A stretch of 64,000 nt of DNA. Source: the human T2T-CHM13v2.0 reference genome, Homo sapiens. The DNA lies in assembly GCF_009914755.1 (NCBI RefSeq), contig NC_060930.1. One strand, given 5' to 3'. The notes below the pieces were generated by a model, which made no database searches, had not been told where the DNA came from, and saw only the letters and a list, made by a program, of their open reading frames with translations. Position 1 is the first letter of the stretch. Every line of letters starts with the position of its first letter. Position numbers and translations under genes: made by a program. Of the stretch, positions 12,451 through 26,150 are shown one piece after another.

Positions 12451-14265
12451 CTATACAGGTCATTTGTGCTGTTTTTTTCTTTTCCAAGGTCATAATTTTC
12501 AGTAAAATTTAATCCTGGTCAGATTCTTCATGTGATTTTTGACAAATCCAGATTGCTGGGAACATTCAGTGAAGACATACTTATTATTACATAATCTTTA
12601 ATATAAAAGTATACTTCCCTGGATGTATTGTTTGCTCTACCCTGTGGTAACGCTAATAAAGAACATTATTTGGTTAGCAAGTAGTTGAATACATTGTTTA
12701 CAAAAACGTATTTTTAAAAATAAAATAATTTTTATTATAATTACATGATTATTATATGTATTCTACATATGATTAAATATTTTGAATGTATGATATATGA
12801 TTGTAATTATATGGTTTTATATCATCCCTTTGAATTATGTTTCTTATAAAAATATCAGTGGGTATATATTAAAATATATTTTTAACATAATGAGCCATCA
12901 ATGCATATAAGTATAGAGTAAGATCTCTTTCACTCTCTTGTTCTCTTACCCCAGACTATTGAAAGTTTATTCAGCTGTTTTTGATGTCTTAAGCTACTCT
13001 TTCTAGCCATCTGTTGATTTTTTTTTTCTTTTATAAAAATAGACTGAACCTATACACACAGCATTTGGGTAAAATAATTATTTTGACTTTATGTTGATTA
13101 TATGTGAAGAGAATTTAGGCTTCATATTTAATAAGCACATCAGGAATATTCGTTCTCAGCAACCACCAGACAATGGTGTGAATTTTGTATGACTGTTTTC
13201 TTTACCCTTTCTGTGCAGACAGCATTATTCACTATAAGCACCATTAAAGAACCAAGTGTCAATGAACCCAGCAGTGAACTGACAGTTACTTAAACAGCAC
13301 ATGATCCAAAGCTGTTTGAGGAATGCCAAATGCATCTTTCTTCAACAAGTTCATTTCATCCAAGGGAAAACATCATTTCGTTTAAAGATTTATATTTATG
13401 AACATGTTATGAATGTTCTGGATGTTCCCTGTAATGTTTTATGAAAGATACAGATGCATTTCCAAGAATCATGAAGCAAGCCGGCTGGCCATGGAGACAG
13501 TTTGGACCTTAGTGGGCAGATTCAAGGGATGGAAGGAGTTGGCTGAGCCCTGGAGAGAGATTATACTCGCTTGGCAGTGGGTCTGCTGATCTTCCACCTG
13601 ACAGTGCTCCATGGCGCTCCCCTTTGTTCTGACTGCTTCCTCTCAACTCCCCCAGATGGGCAGTGGGAAGAGACCAGCTGTTTGGGAAAATAATCAGGAA
13701 AATCATTTCTAGGAGCCCTTCCCAAGAGACCAGGTTGAAGGCCAACCACCTGAACAGGTTGTTAGCCAAGAAGTACTTCTCCTACTCTCTGGTGACCTGC
13801 TCTCTGGAGCTGCTTAAGAGGAGAAGGCCAAGAACAGCAGAAGGCTGTCCCAGGGAGAGGCAGAGAGAGAAGCTGAAAGACAATGCAGGCATCTACAACA
13901 AATTTCCCTCTTTTCTTAGGGTCTGTATAGTTATCTATCATTCCAGGAGAAATAGATATGCTGTCATTGGGACTTTACTCCTGATTTTAATTTTCAAATA
14001 TTTTCTTCCATTTCTTCGTTTGACTGACTTGCTGGGTTAAAGCATGTGGCTAAGTAAACAGGATAAATAACTGATTCCATAGAAGAATCTATCAGCATTC
14101 CCCAGAAAATATCTTTGTATTTATATGGCTGGAGCCTGTATCCTAGACTTGGTCAACTGTATCCAAAGCCATATGGTTGGTTAGAAGAGTAACTGAGAAA
14201 AACATGGTGGAAATTACTGCCCATCCTGGAGAAAGCAACTTAGTATGTGTCTTCCTGATGGCAGG

Positions 14266-14800
14266 TGACTTAGCTTGGGTTCCCCAGAAAGCAGAGCCTG
14301 AGGCAAGGGCTTTGACGTAGATGGCTTATTTTGGCAAACAATCTACAGGGGTGAGATGGGGGAAGTGGGAAAAGTGAGACAGGGAAGGAGGGAAAGACAA
14401 ATTCGGCCTGTTAATGAGCTTATCACTCCTGGGACACTATCCTGCCTGTTGGGAATCTTCTGAAGAGCCTTGTAGAACGTCCTCAAAATTGCCAGAGTAG
14501 CTGAAAGAGGGCACATTTACTTACCACTTTCATACTCCAAGATCAAGGTTTGTGCCATGGGATTTTAACTGCCTCATACTTTCAGATTTACCTGTGTAAT
14601 TATGGCTGAGGGGTTCAGTAGGCAATCTTCTTAGCAGCAGATTGGATATAGCCTGGGATATACTAGAGGCCTGGGATACAGCATGAGATATAGGTGGTGC
14701 TGCTGAGGCAGGTGCTGTCAGAGTACACTGACACTAGATGCTTAGATATGTCTGGCATATAAAAGTACACCCAGTGAGTGTGAGGTCTGTCCCAAACAAT
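14266..14800 (-). mobile_element. ERVL solo LTR (LTR16 family)
   Basis: cttagcttgggttccccagaaagcagagcctgaggcaagggc...gtgagacagggaaggagggaaag matches the recalled LTR16 end; right edge approximate. Confidence 0.7.
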
Positions 14801-14869
14801 GGGCTTCTGCATTGTCCAGTGGGAATATGTCTCCAGTTCATTTACCCTGTCAACTCTTACTGCTGCATA

Positions 14870-16625
14870 CCTTCTCTTCTCTTCTTCTCAGTTCCATATG
14901 TAATGCCTTCTACCTCTACACTTTACTCTCACTCTCAAATTATTACCTTGCTTTTGAATTTTACTTAGAAAATACAATTAACCAAAACATACACTCCTCA
15001 TTTTTCCACCACTAAATCTATGGTCTTATAAGCATCAGTACTTTCATACTGGGTCTTATTTCTGCTACAATAGATGAGTTTCTGTGCTCTTATCCTAAGC
15101 CAATCTCTTAATTTGTGCCCTAGATCCCCTCCCCTCTCACTTACTAAAGGTCTTCACTCTTGTGTTCTCTTTCTCTCTCTGCATTATGAACGTTTCCTTC
15201 TTTACTGGATCATAAAGCATATGTACATGCTGTAATGTTTCCAATCTTGATAATACAACAATCCTCTCATATCTGCAGGCCTCCATCTAGCTAATGGCCT
15301 ATTTCTCTGCAGCGCTTTAAAACAAACTCCTCTAAAACCCTACTTTTACTTTGTGTTCACACTCCTTCACCTCTCATTTTCTCTCGAATATATCGCTGAC
15401 CCGGTTTTTATTCCTCGCACTATATTATAATCAATCTTGTCAAGGTTGCTAATCGCCAATTACTAAATCTAACGGTCAGTTTTCAATCTTTTCTTCCTTG
15501 ATTTCTAGATAATATTTGACATAGTGAATCTACATGGTTGATCTGTTCTTTTTTGAAATGCTTTTTTCTCTTAGCTTTTGGAGCTGTAGATGTTGCAGAT
15601 TTGATATTGGAATACCCATGTCTCACTCTTCGAATAACTAACTTTTCTTTACAATCATCCAGACACATGGTTTTAAATGCCAGATATATGCTGCTGGTTC
15701 CTAAATTCCTAAATTTATATTTTCTATTTTGAATTCTCACCTGGACCATTATCTTATATAATCAACTCTCTACTCGATGTGTCCACTTGGCTGTCTAATT
15801 GGTGTCCCAAAGTTAACACATCCAGAATAGAGCCCTTGGATTCCTACTCTAACAAATGTCAATGTTCCCAGCCTTTATACAAAAGCTCCACTGTTCACCA
15901 GGTGCTTAGGTTGAAAGCCTAGGGGACATTCTTGATTCCTCTCTGCAATAGCCTCAAAACTGATCTGTATTCCTATTTTTACCCATCATTGGTACATTCT
16001 CCTCTATGGAGCCAGAGAAAACTTCTAAAAGTATAATTCAATGCATGTTACTTTCTGCTGTAAACTATCACATGACTTCCCAGCTCATGCAGATAAAATG
16101 TGTAAGCCTGCAGGGTTGTGTATGATCTGATCTCTGGCTAACTCTTCAGTGTTGTCTCCTATATACTCTGCCTTACTATATTTCATCTCTGCTGGTCTGT
16201 TTGCTATCTCTTAACATGCCATGCTTGATCTTGCCCCAGTTCTGTATTTGCTGTTCCCTCCCACTGGAATGCTATTTTCTCAGATTTTCACCCAGCTAGC
16301 TCCCTTACTTCAGTCAGGTCTTTGCTCAAATATAATCTTTTTTGAGAGGTTTTTCCTAAACAGCTTTACTAGAATCCTACATGGACCCACCTCTAGTTAT
16401 GTTTTACCCAACTCTTTATTTTCTCTTGGTACTTATTACTTTCTGATATATGTTTTTGTTTATTTGTTTACTCTCTGTCTCCATTGTTGAAAGGTAAACT
16501 ACATAAGGCTATCAAAGCTGGGCATTATATTAGTCATAACTAATGTTCAATGTAATGACATGGTCAATACCTACAGTGATGTTTAGGACATAAGAGGAAC
16601 TCAGTAAAATCCACTGAATGAAGGA
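14870..16625 (+). mobile_element. LINE-2 (L2a-like) ORF2 remnant and 3' end
   Basis: Pyrimidine-rich L2 motifs: cttgtcaaggttgctaat, tccacttggctgtctaa, tcaggtctttgctcaaat, terminal ctgaatgaa. Confidence 0.8.
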
Positions 16626-16851
16626 ACAAATAGCTTAATTAGAATTATTGCTGACAAGTTATCACAGATAGTCACTTATTTGAGACAATAAACATACTCA
16701 GAATCTTCCTTAAATAAAAGCCCATCCTTTTGATGGAAATATACAAATGTCTATAATATAGAAAAAAGAAAATACAAAGCTGCATAAAATTTAGATGTAT
16801 TAGAAACATTTTTTATTTTCTAATATATTATGTGTAGTTAAAAAGCAACCA

Positions 16852-17147
16852 GGCCCGTTGGCTCATGCCTGTAATCCCAGCACTTTGGGAGGCTGAGGTG
16901 GGCAGATCACCTGAGGTCAAGAGTTCAAGACCAGCCTGGCCAACACAGCGAAATCCCGTCTTCATTAAAAATACAAAAATTAGCTGGGCATGGTAGCAGA
17001 TACCTGTAATTCCAGCTACTTGGGAGGGAGAGGCATGAGAATTGGTTGAACCTAGGAAGCAGAGGTTGCAGTGAGCCAAGATAGCGCCCCACTGCACTCC
17101 AGCCTGGGTAACAGAAAGAGACTACATCTCAAAAAAAAAAAAAAAAA
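16852..17147 (+). mobile_element. Alu (AluSx-like)
   Basis: Canonical dimer, A17 tail, TSD aaaaagcaacca / aaaaaacaacca. Confidence 0.98.
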
Positions 17148-17824
17148 CAACCATACACATTTTTTAAGAGTCCTATGAAAGATAGAGATTCATTAGACCT
17201 CTGTTCTTGAGTCACCTGAAATCCTATATATAAACTAGAGCAATGGTTTCTCAAAGTTTATATCTCAACTGGCACCACTGGCTTCCCTTCCAGCCACTTC
17301 CTTCCATCTAGGCTTTGTGAAAAATACTCTTAGACCACTGTGCCTGCTCAAGATCTTTCATTTATCTGCTTTCTTCTCGATGCCTGAGAACTCTTGACTG
17401 GTCTTTTTATCACTGGAATAATAAGATTCAAGATTCTAGTGAATTGATAGGGGAAGAGAAATCAAGGCTTTTGACTTGCTTTAATTTTAGGCCATCTAAA
17501 CCAATTTAGCCTACTTAAAAGGAATTTCCTCTGCTTATATCCTGGCTTTTGAAAGTTCTCACTAAAACCTGGGTTAAACCCCTTATTTGGCATTATTCTC
17601 TGCATTCATCTCTCTTTCAGGGACTTAGTGGGGAAGAACAACGAGATCAGCATGCTTGCCATTCTCTAATTCTTTTTCCATAAGCATCAACTGGCACCCC
17701 ATTTTGACAAATACTACATCTTATGACAGCCAGCTCCAACGTCACTATGGCATAAGAAAGTAAAAACACTGGGGAAAAAAAGAAAATTATAAATTAACAG
17801 AAAGATGATGAATTTCAATTGTTC

Positions 17825-18400
17825 CATTCATTCTTCATGTATTTGTTCATGTCTATATTGAATAAATATTTTTTGAGTCCTTACCCTGTAGGAGGCACCA
17901 TGCTAAGCTCTGACTATAGAGGACTGCACAGGACCAACACGGTCCCTGCAGTTATGGAGCTTACATTGTAGAAGGGGAGGCAGATAGTCAGGTAATTTTA
18001 AATTAGGATATTTATGCTCTCTAATTAATATCCCATTAGCCTGACTTAAAAGAGTAGGAAATAATCATGAATAGAAGGATGTTATGAAGGGTAAAGAAGA
18101 ACACAATCAAGGGAAACAACAGGGACAATAGCCTTCCAGTGAAAAGGAGCAGAAAGAAGACCTAAGAACCTGGTGTGAGGAGAGCAAGGGAAGAGAGGCC
18201 CATGTTGAAGCAAGAGCCAAATGTGACAATGCATGTCCATGCGGGCTGTTGGGTGTGTAGGGATTTGTGTTTTATCCGAAGAGCCACTGGAAGTCATTCC
18301 AATAAACCTTAAAAATATTGTTTTGGTAATACATATTACTGGAAGTAGAAATAAAATGGGATAGTTTAAGATGTGTCTCAAAATGTCAGATATAGGTTAT
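17825..18400 (-). mobile_element. LINE-2 3' fragment
   Basis: cattcattc...aataaatattttttgagtccttaccctgt...ggtccctgcagttatggagcttacatt is an antisense L2 3' end; right edge approximate. Confidence 0.7.
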
Positions 18401-18430
18401 GGTGGTCATAGTATGAAAAGATAACAATAT

Positions 18431-18742
18431 GGCCAGGCGCAGTGGCTCACGCCTGTAATCCCAGCACTTTGGGAGGCCGAGGCGGGTGGATCACGAGGTC
18501 AGGAGTTGGAGACCTGCCTGACCAACATGGTGAAACCCCATTTCTACTAAAAATACAAAAATTAGCCGGGCTTGGTGGTGGGCTCCTGTAATCCCAGTTA
18601 CTCAGGAGGCTGAGGCAGGAGAATCTCTTGAACCCGGGAGGCGGAGATTGCAGTGAGACGAGATAGCATCACTGCTCTCCAGCCTGGGCAACACAGTGAG
18701 ACTCTGTCCCCCCAAAAAAAAAGAAAAGAAAAGAAAAGAAAA
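18431..18742 (+). mobile_element. Alu (AluSg/Sc-like) with (GAAAA)n tail
   Basis: ggatcacgaggtc 2-bp deletion; perfect 15-bp TSD gaaaagataacaata at 18415-18429 and 18743-18757. Confidence 0.98.
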
Positions 18743-19442
18743 GAAAAGATAACAATACTTTTTATGAAAAGGAACTTCAAGTAGATTAAAATATATTTAC
18801 TCTAAAGTTTAATATGCCATAAAATGCAAAAGATTCTTTTATCTTTCACTGTTTCGAAAGGGAAGGTGGTTTAGTGTCACAAGGCCCTCTGAAACTGAAG
18901 TGACTAATAAATTGTGGGGATTAATTACTCACTGGAAAGAAAATGTGGAAAATGCAAACTTCATTGGCTTCATATCAAAGCCACATTTCAACAACACATG
19001 GATAAACAATGGATAATGAAAATCTTTTATATAACTCCTTTTCTCTTCTACATTATATAATAATTTTCTACCGACTATACCTTAACTTTTAACCTTGATT
19101 TTACCACTAATATACACAAACATTTATCTGCACTTTTTTCTTTTTAGATAACTTTTTTAGAGGAAGCAGTTTTCAGTTATATCGAGACAGCATATTAAAA
19201 TTCTTTTTGCAAATTTCTATCATAATTTGCATATTCAATAAAAATCTAAGCAGTAAATCTATTCCAATTTTTTCCCCATTCTCTGTGAACAAGAATGTTT
19301 TCTCATTGTCTTAGCTGTTGTTTTTTAATTTGGGCCATCTTTATGATGAATACCAAATAATGAATAATTGCTTCCATAGACGTTTCCATTATCTCAAGAA
19401 TTCTGAGAGCTTGAGATAATTTCCCAGCCAAGAATATTGGGG

Positions 19443-19870
19443 TGTGAACCCTGAATATCAGAGACAGGTCGCAGTTAATTTAGGAAGTTTATTTTGCCAC
19501 GGTTGAGGACACACACCCATGACACAGCCTCAGGAGGTCCTGACAACATGTGCCCAAGGTGGTCAGAGCAGTTTAATGTTATACATTTTAGGGAGAAGTG
19601 AGACATCCATAACATATGTAGGATGAACATGGGTTTGGTCTGGAAAGGCGAGGCAGGGGCTTCCAGGTCATAGGTAGATAAGAGACAAATGGTTGCATTC
19701 TTTTGAGTTTATGATTAGCCTTTCCAAAGGAGACAATGTGATATGCGTTTATCTCAGTGAGCAGAGGGGTAACTTTGAATAGAATGGAAGGCAGTTTTGC
19801 CGTAAGCAATTCCCAACTTGACTTTTTCCTTTAGCTTAGTGATTTGGGGCCCCAAGATTTATTTTCCCTT
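19443..19870 (-). mobile_element. ERV1 solo LTR (MER4A/MER4A1)
   Basis: gacacagcctcaggaggtcctgacaacatgtgcccaaggtggtcag ... ttagcttagtgatttggggccccaagatttattttcc. Confidence 0.9.
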
Positions 19871-20106
19871 GTCTGAGGTTACTTGGCCAGAAGGTAGGAA
19901 TGGCAAAATCAAGGCAGAAATTGAGTGAATGAAAAGTCAGCAAAGAAAAGCAGAGCTTATAGAAACCAGTAGATAGAGAGAAAAGTAGATGGCAAAAGTT
20001 AAAAGCAGGTGGTAAAATATAAGGCATAAAATTATCATTAAGGAGATAGTCAGAATCACAGAAACACAATGCCAGAAACAAAAGGGTCTTAAAAAGAACT
20101 TGATGC

Positions 20107-21095
20107 TGGCAACAAAAGCAAATGTAAACAAGAGGAACTATATCAAATAAAAGGCTTCTTCACAACAAGGGAAATAATCAACAAAATCAAAAGGCAACCT
20201 ATAGAATGGAAGAAAATATGTGCAAACCATGTGTCTGATAAACGGTTAATAACCAAAGTATATAAGAAACTCACCCAGCTCAAGCGCAAAAAAAATACAA
20301 CCTAACTTAAAAATGGGCAAAAGACCTTAATAGACATGTTTCCAAAGAAGACATACAAATGGCCAACAAGTATATAAAAAGGTACTCAGTATTACTAATT
20401 TTCAGGGAAGGGCAGTTAAAAACCACAATCAGATATATCACCTCATCCTGTTACTAAAAAGACAAGAGATAAATGTTGGTGAGGATGTAGAAAAAAGGCA
20501 CCCCTTGTGCACTGTTGGTGGGAATGTAAATTAGTACAGCCATTATGGAAAACAATATGAAGGTTTCTCAAAAAATTAAAATAGAATTACCATACAATCC
20601 AGCTATCTCACTTTTGGGTATATATCTAAAGAAAATGAAATCAGTATCCCAAAGAAAAATCTGCACTCCCACACTCATTGCAGCATTATTCACAGTAGCT
20701 AAGACATGGAAACCAGAAACTACCTGTATACATCGACAAATGAATTGATCAAGAAAATGTGATATACACACACACGTATTATTACTCAACAAAAAAAGGA
20801 GAAAATCCTGTTATTTGTGGCAACATGGGTGAACCAGCAGGACATTACACCAAGTGAAATAAGATAAGGTGGGCACAGAAAAACAAATACTACATGATTT
20901 TGCTTACATGTGGAATCTAAAAAAGTCAAATTCATAGAATCAGAGAGTAGAATGGTCATTGCCAGGCACAGGAGGGTAGGAGAAATGGGGAGATGTTGGT
21001 CAAAGGGCACAGACTTTCAGTTATAAGATGAATTTATGAGATGAATAAGTTCTGGCATGCTACAATATACATAATGGTGACTATTAAAAAAAAAA
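20107..21095 (+). mobile_element. 5'-truncated L1MA (L1MA8/9-like) ORF2 end and 3' UTR
   Basis: aaaggcaacctatagaatgg, aaaaatgggcaaaagacc, gtgcactgttggtgggaatgtaaattagtacagcc; A10 tail; TSD 20091-20106 / 21091-21106. Confidence 0.92.
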
Positions 21096-22893
21096 GAACT
21101 CCATGCCTCTTCTAGTTGGCAAGACAGAGCAGGTGCCAAGACCCCTTGTAAACTCCACTCACGATGCCCTCTGAGGATCATGATGTTCTTTTCCTGCTTT
21201 TGGTCCAGGCAATCAAAACAGAAAACAGCAGACATTTAGAGCCATTGGTTAGGTAGTTAATTACACTCAACGATGAGCTAGACTTCTCTGACCATAGGAA
21301 TGGCCTAAATATCTCTTCATCTTCATATTGTTAAGTCACTATGATTGAAAAAGGAGCTAAACTCTTCCCATCCAAAGCAATAATAATATCAGTTTTCGTC
21401 GGTCAAGAGCCAATTCATCTCTTTTTTGTGGGTAATATAAAGAGGGACATTTCATCTTGAAATTTTTTTGGCTGTACTCTACTTTGATCTTTGCAGTAAA
21501 GAGGAATTTACTCTGATTTTGAAGCTTCCCCTTACCCCCAGTCTCTTCTGATTTAGCCACAGTTAAAAATCTAGCCAGCTGCCCACTGTATTATTACCTA
21601 TCCATTGCAGCAATCTTTTTGGTTTTTGCAAAGAGCTTGCCTTGATGTGGTCTTCAGGATGTCACAAGTGTCTAGCTTAATACATTTGATGACATTTGTA
21701 AACAATGTAATTCAGTAAAAATGGTTCAACTCTGCTTTTCATAAGATTACTTTATGAGCTTGTTATTTCCCTGACAGAGCTCCTGTGGGCCTTTTTCCTC
21801 TCTGCCTGTTTATTGAAAGGAATGGAGGCATAATCAGTCAATACTGGACTTCTTTCTTAGAAATTAAAGTGTTAAGGTATTTAAGTTTTGCCATATGTGT
21901 GACACAAGATAAGTATAAGAGAGTCTGTAAGGTTCTGCTGGGCCTTGTGATTTCTAGTTGCTCTGCACTTGATCTGGGGACCACAGAATCTGATGAACAA
22001 TAATATACTAATTTTGGGACTCTCTTCTCACTCAAACCATGGATGGCCTCAGACTTTATTCCAAGCATTTTTTCTGTATCTTATTCTAGGAAGTTTTAGA
22101 TTAGCTAAAAATATGTGTAAACAAACAACTTTGAAGATTTTTTTTTTCTGTAATTAGTGTGATTTTTTGCACTCTCTGTTCCCCTTCTTAAAGATAATAA
22201 GTCTGTTGAGATCTGTGAGTTGTTAGGAGATAATCTTGTTCATAGTTTTTTCATGTCATTTTCAAAAGAAGCCTTAAACCAAAAAATGAACTATAATAAC
22301 AATGTAAGTAGAGTATTTCTTGCAAGTGGATTTCATGGAAAAACCGTCTATACCATACTCTTCATTTATGAAATATTTAAATTGCTTGATGCTTTTTTGT
22401 TTTATTTTTGTTTATTTATTTTTTTAAGAAACTAAATGAATCTTTTTAGAGCTAGTTTAGGAGCATCTCCTGTTTACTTGGTACTTTATCTATCAACACA
22501 TACCTACAGTGTTTGTATATTTTAGGATAATATCTCATTATTTCTCAACCTTCAGAAATTTATGGCTAGAGAAATGAGTAAGCTATGGTACTTTTACGTG
22601 AATATGCGGTATGCAAGCAACAGTGAATTTAAGAAGCACCTTCCCTTTTAGAATTTAACTAAAGTGTGCTTTGCTTTTCTGCTTTCTGGCATGTTGATTG
22701 ACCCAATTAATTTTTGAAAGTGTGAGGTCCTAACAGCAGGGATTAAATCAGCCATTCCAAAACTAAATCTTAGAGTCAGGGTCTTTTATTTTATTTTTTG
22801 GGGAAGAAAAGAAAGGGCCTGGGAATGAAATTCACGTTGCTCTGGGGATGTTTTTTTCCCTGAAACAATTTCACATAAGCCTACTTTATTAAA

Positions 22894-22929
22894 ACACACA
22901 CACACACACACGCACACACACAGACACAC
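22894..22929. repeat. (CA)n microsatellite, interrupted
   Basis: Directly visible. Confidence 0.95.
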
Positions 22930-24115
22930 TCACCTCTGTTTTAATTGCCACTAAAATAATCATCTACAAACTCAAGAGTGGGTGGTATTAAGGGTTACTG
23001 GACCCCCAGGGAATTGCAGCAAAGAATTAACACGGCACATTACCTAAAGTGACTAAGTGTTACCTTCTCGCTCATCAAGCTTTCTTTCCCCTTCCTCCAC
23101 TGTGCCTCTGACACTAGACCACTATGTTCCCCAGAGTTTCCTTCAACAGTTCTTTAAGGCTCCAAGTTCCCAAGTTTCTTGAGAAAAACTGATTTTCCGT
23201 ATTCTTTATTTCCTATAATGAATCTGACCAAAACATTCATTAATCATCTGCTTGAACTTCTTATGGGACCACACAGAACATTTCTCCTGATATCTTACCT
23301 ATAATTTGTCCTCCCGCCATTCTCCAAGGTAATCTACTAATCTGATTTCTCCTAGACCTATTTCTATTTTTGCTTCTACCTTTTTCCTAAGTTCTTTCCT
23401 TTGCTAGAGTGACTTTTTCTTCCCAGTTTGTTATCTGCTATACTGACACTATGCAGGGAAACAGGGTCATGCAAAGCAGCAAAATAAAGATTCTAAGATA
23501 GGAATCATGTATGGACACAACCTGGGTGATTGGAGAGATGCCAAAAACTGGGCTATGTTGCTGAGACAAAGCTGGGAGAACCCCAGTGCGGACTCAAACC
23601 CAGTGAGGAGTCCAGAACTGGAAGATATACAGGTATCAGGATCCTAGATAAAGGTAAGGCAGGAAGTCAAATCAACAGCCACGAGATGTCATACCAAAGC
23701 AGCATAGAGACTCGAGTGATGACTGCCTCAGAAAGGAAATCTTGTTGCATATGAGCCAGTCTCAGGCTATGGCCCTACAAGGGTCTGCCAATGTGCATAA
23801 ATGAGCCACGTTACAGAGCTGGCAAATTGCTTAACGGGACTTAAAATGGTAATGTGGTTCTGTATCCTTGTTCCATACTGCCCTACTTACAAGTATTCCC
23901 AACTCATCTAAATGCATAAAACCCACAATCCTGTTTTCACTCAACACCCTGCCAGTAACTGTTGCCTTCCTATCTAAATATGATGGAAATGTGTTATATA
24001 TTTAAGCTTGTATTATCATTTTCAATATTTCTATATTTCCTGTAGACTTTTCTCTAGTGGGGAAAATATTTTTTTAAAAAGAACTCTTTCGAAACGAATT
24101 TTATAGCATGTAGAC

Positions 24116-24305
24116 CAGAGATGGCCAAATAGGTTATATACGCAGAACCACCTCTGGGGATCTCACCTCTGGCAGCCATTATTTTAATCAGGGCACAATT
24201 TCCTGCTGAGTCCAGGCTTTACCTCAACCTTCTCAACACAGCTCTCCAGGAAGCAACAACCAATTTGACTATACTGGGAGTGGGGTTGACACATTTACCT
24301 TCCTG
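24116..24305. mobile_element. Ancient ~190-bp hAT-type MITE (subfamily not assigned)
   Basis: cagagatggccaaatagg start and tttcctgctgagtccagg...ccttctcaacacagctctccaggaagcaacaaccaat resemble a recalled eutherian hAT MITE consensus. Confidence 0.55.
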
Positions 24306-25174
24306 ACCCATCCTTGGCAACAGCTGGGGAAATGAAATGTTCTTGATGGTGATGTTGGCCTAAAGGTTTGGGAGGAAATTGCCCTACTTCTTTACTGAAA
24401 GTATAGCCAGATTAACTGCAGAAAGCAAAAATATCATTATAGACATTTTTAGCTTGGCTTTGAAAATGGGCACCATTGCTTCTCTGTAACAGGTACAAAG
24501 AACTCAGGTGTGAATGTTTCCAATGAATTGAAGTCTTAGCAAGAAAGTTTCTCGCTCTTTCTCTCTCCCTGTCTAAGTGGGGAAGTATTTAATCCTCTTT
24601 GCAAACACAGTCCCAGCTTTCAACCTCACAGGACTGCCTACTGTGTTGAATTACATTCAAAGGTTTATCTGCCATAGACCACTGACCCTAGGGACCGGGC
24701 TAAGACTATTCATATTGTCTAGAACTATAGGTCAGATTGAAACCTGCATCTCTGGCAAAAAGCCAACACTTCATTCACCACATCACTCAACTTTTCTCCT
24801 CATGTTATGTAATTACAACACAAGTGTCCAGCCTGACATTTCAGTATGAATATTAGTGGGCATAAAAATTCAATCCAGGCATACGACAGACAAAACACTA
24901 CCAATTTTTACTTTTTAAAATGCAGGGACTGGCATAAAGGAGAGAATAGACCATTACAATTTAGTATACTGACTTAGTAGAGTTAAGTCACTGTAAACCA
25001 TCAGGAATGGAACACCTGAGCGAGTAAATTTGGAGAGCATGTATGCATATGTGTGCAACTATTATTTGTGTGTGTTAGCAGTGGCTTACAGAGGTTAGTA
25101 TAGGGGCAGATGGAGGAGGTCCATTCGGTTACAGGGTTTCACATGAATGCCTCATTATTTTGCTACCATATTTT

Positions 25175-25191
25175 CCTGTAGGTGGCAGCAC
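25175..25191 (+). promoter_or_regulatory. Candidate CTCF-binding motif
   Basis: CCTGTAGGTGGCAGCAC versus CCASYAGRKGGCRSYR: one mismatch; motif only, no binding data. Confidence 0.45.
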
Positions 25192-26004
25192 TAACAAGGC
25201 TGGGGTCAGAGAAGAAAGGTTTAGCTTCAGATTCTGAAGAGAAATTTTTAGTAACAAGAGTACAAGAAGAAATTAAAACTTGTGCTTTCCTTTTTAATTA
25301 ACTATAGATGCTGAAAGTCTTTCAGTAGCCAACATGTTATTCAAATGAACACACACACAGCCATCTCATTTAAAGAAAACAGACCAACACTGGCTAACTT
25401 GGCATCATCAGTCGCACTGGAGAGACTTAGAATGTTTCATGTTCTGTGTGTGGGAGAGAACGAACACAGTTTGTTCGGCTTGAAGTATCATTTCTCATAG
25501 ATAAACATAGAGGAGAAATTTATCCCAGAACTTTTATTTCAGAGAACACTAAAAAAAGTTAGTTATGGCAAAGTTAGTAGCTGGAGTTAGAATCTCAGAC
25601 CCAGTTTCTGAGGAATCAGCATAATTTCATATGTTATTATTACCTTATTATTCAGTAATTAATAGATTACTAAAATGGTAATGAACATAACAAAATAAAA
25701 ATTTCAGCCAATAACAAATAAATACCCAGATTTTATAATGAATTTAGCAGATATTTTCAGTTGACATTTTTAAAAAAAGAATACTAAAAGTGTATTGCGA
25801 ATTTGAGTTTACAAAATTTAATTATTACTAATCATAAAATTATAAATATATGCTCCTAGCTGTGAAATTGATTTAATATTTTACAATCTATTCTCCTGTG
25901 CAATCTCTAATTTTAAAAGTCTGTTTTAGGGTTTGTTAGATTTCCTCACATAGACAGTAAGCTCCTGAATAACCACATAAGTTCATCTTGCACAGCAGCA
26001 GCGC

Positions 26005-26150
26005 TATCAGCTTTTGAACACTCACTATGTAAAATTCACTTTATCCTAATCCTCCCAACAAATGGAAGGGATGGTACTGCTTTCTTCATCTTTCACACTG
26101 AAAAAGCTAAAGACTAGGAAAGTTAAGCAACTAGTCCAACTGCATATAAA
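26005..26150 (-). mobile_element. MIR fragment
   Basis: taatcctcccaacaa...ctgaaaaagctaaagactaggaaagttaagcaactagtccaa. Confidence 0.6.

Noticed and set aside
13509-14040. GC-richer patch with overlapping ORFs (up to 125 aa) and an acceptor-like ctcccccag at 13655
   Set aside because: No recognisable protein similarity or convincing donor; a non-coding exon cannot be excluded but is unsupported
21163-21193. Minus-strand 31-nt exon candidate with GTGAGT donor
   Set aside because: Poor polypyrimidine tract next to the acceptor, weak exonic donor bases, frame-shifting length, peptide not recognised
23450-23860. Purine-rich, LTR-like stretch with a 74-aa ORF and an AAG|GTAAGG donor
   Set aside because: Could be an old LTR, but I cannot assign a family or show an exon from sequence alone
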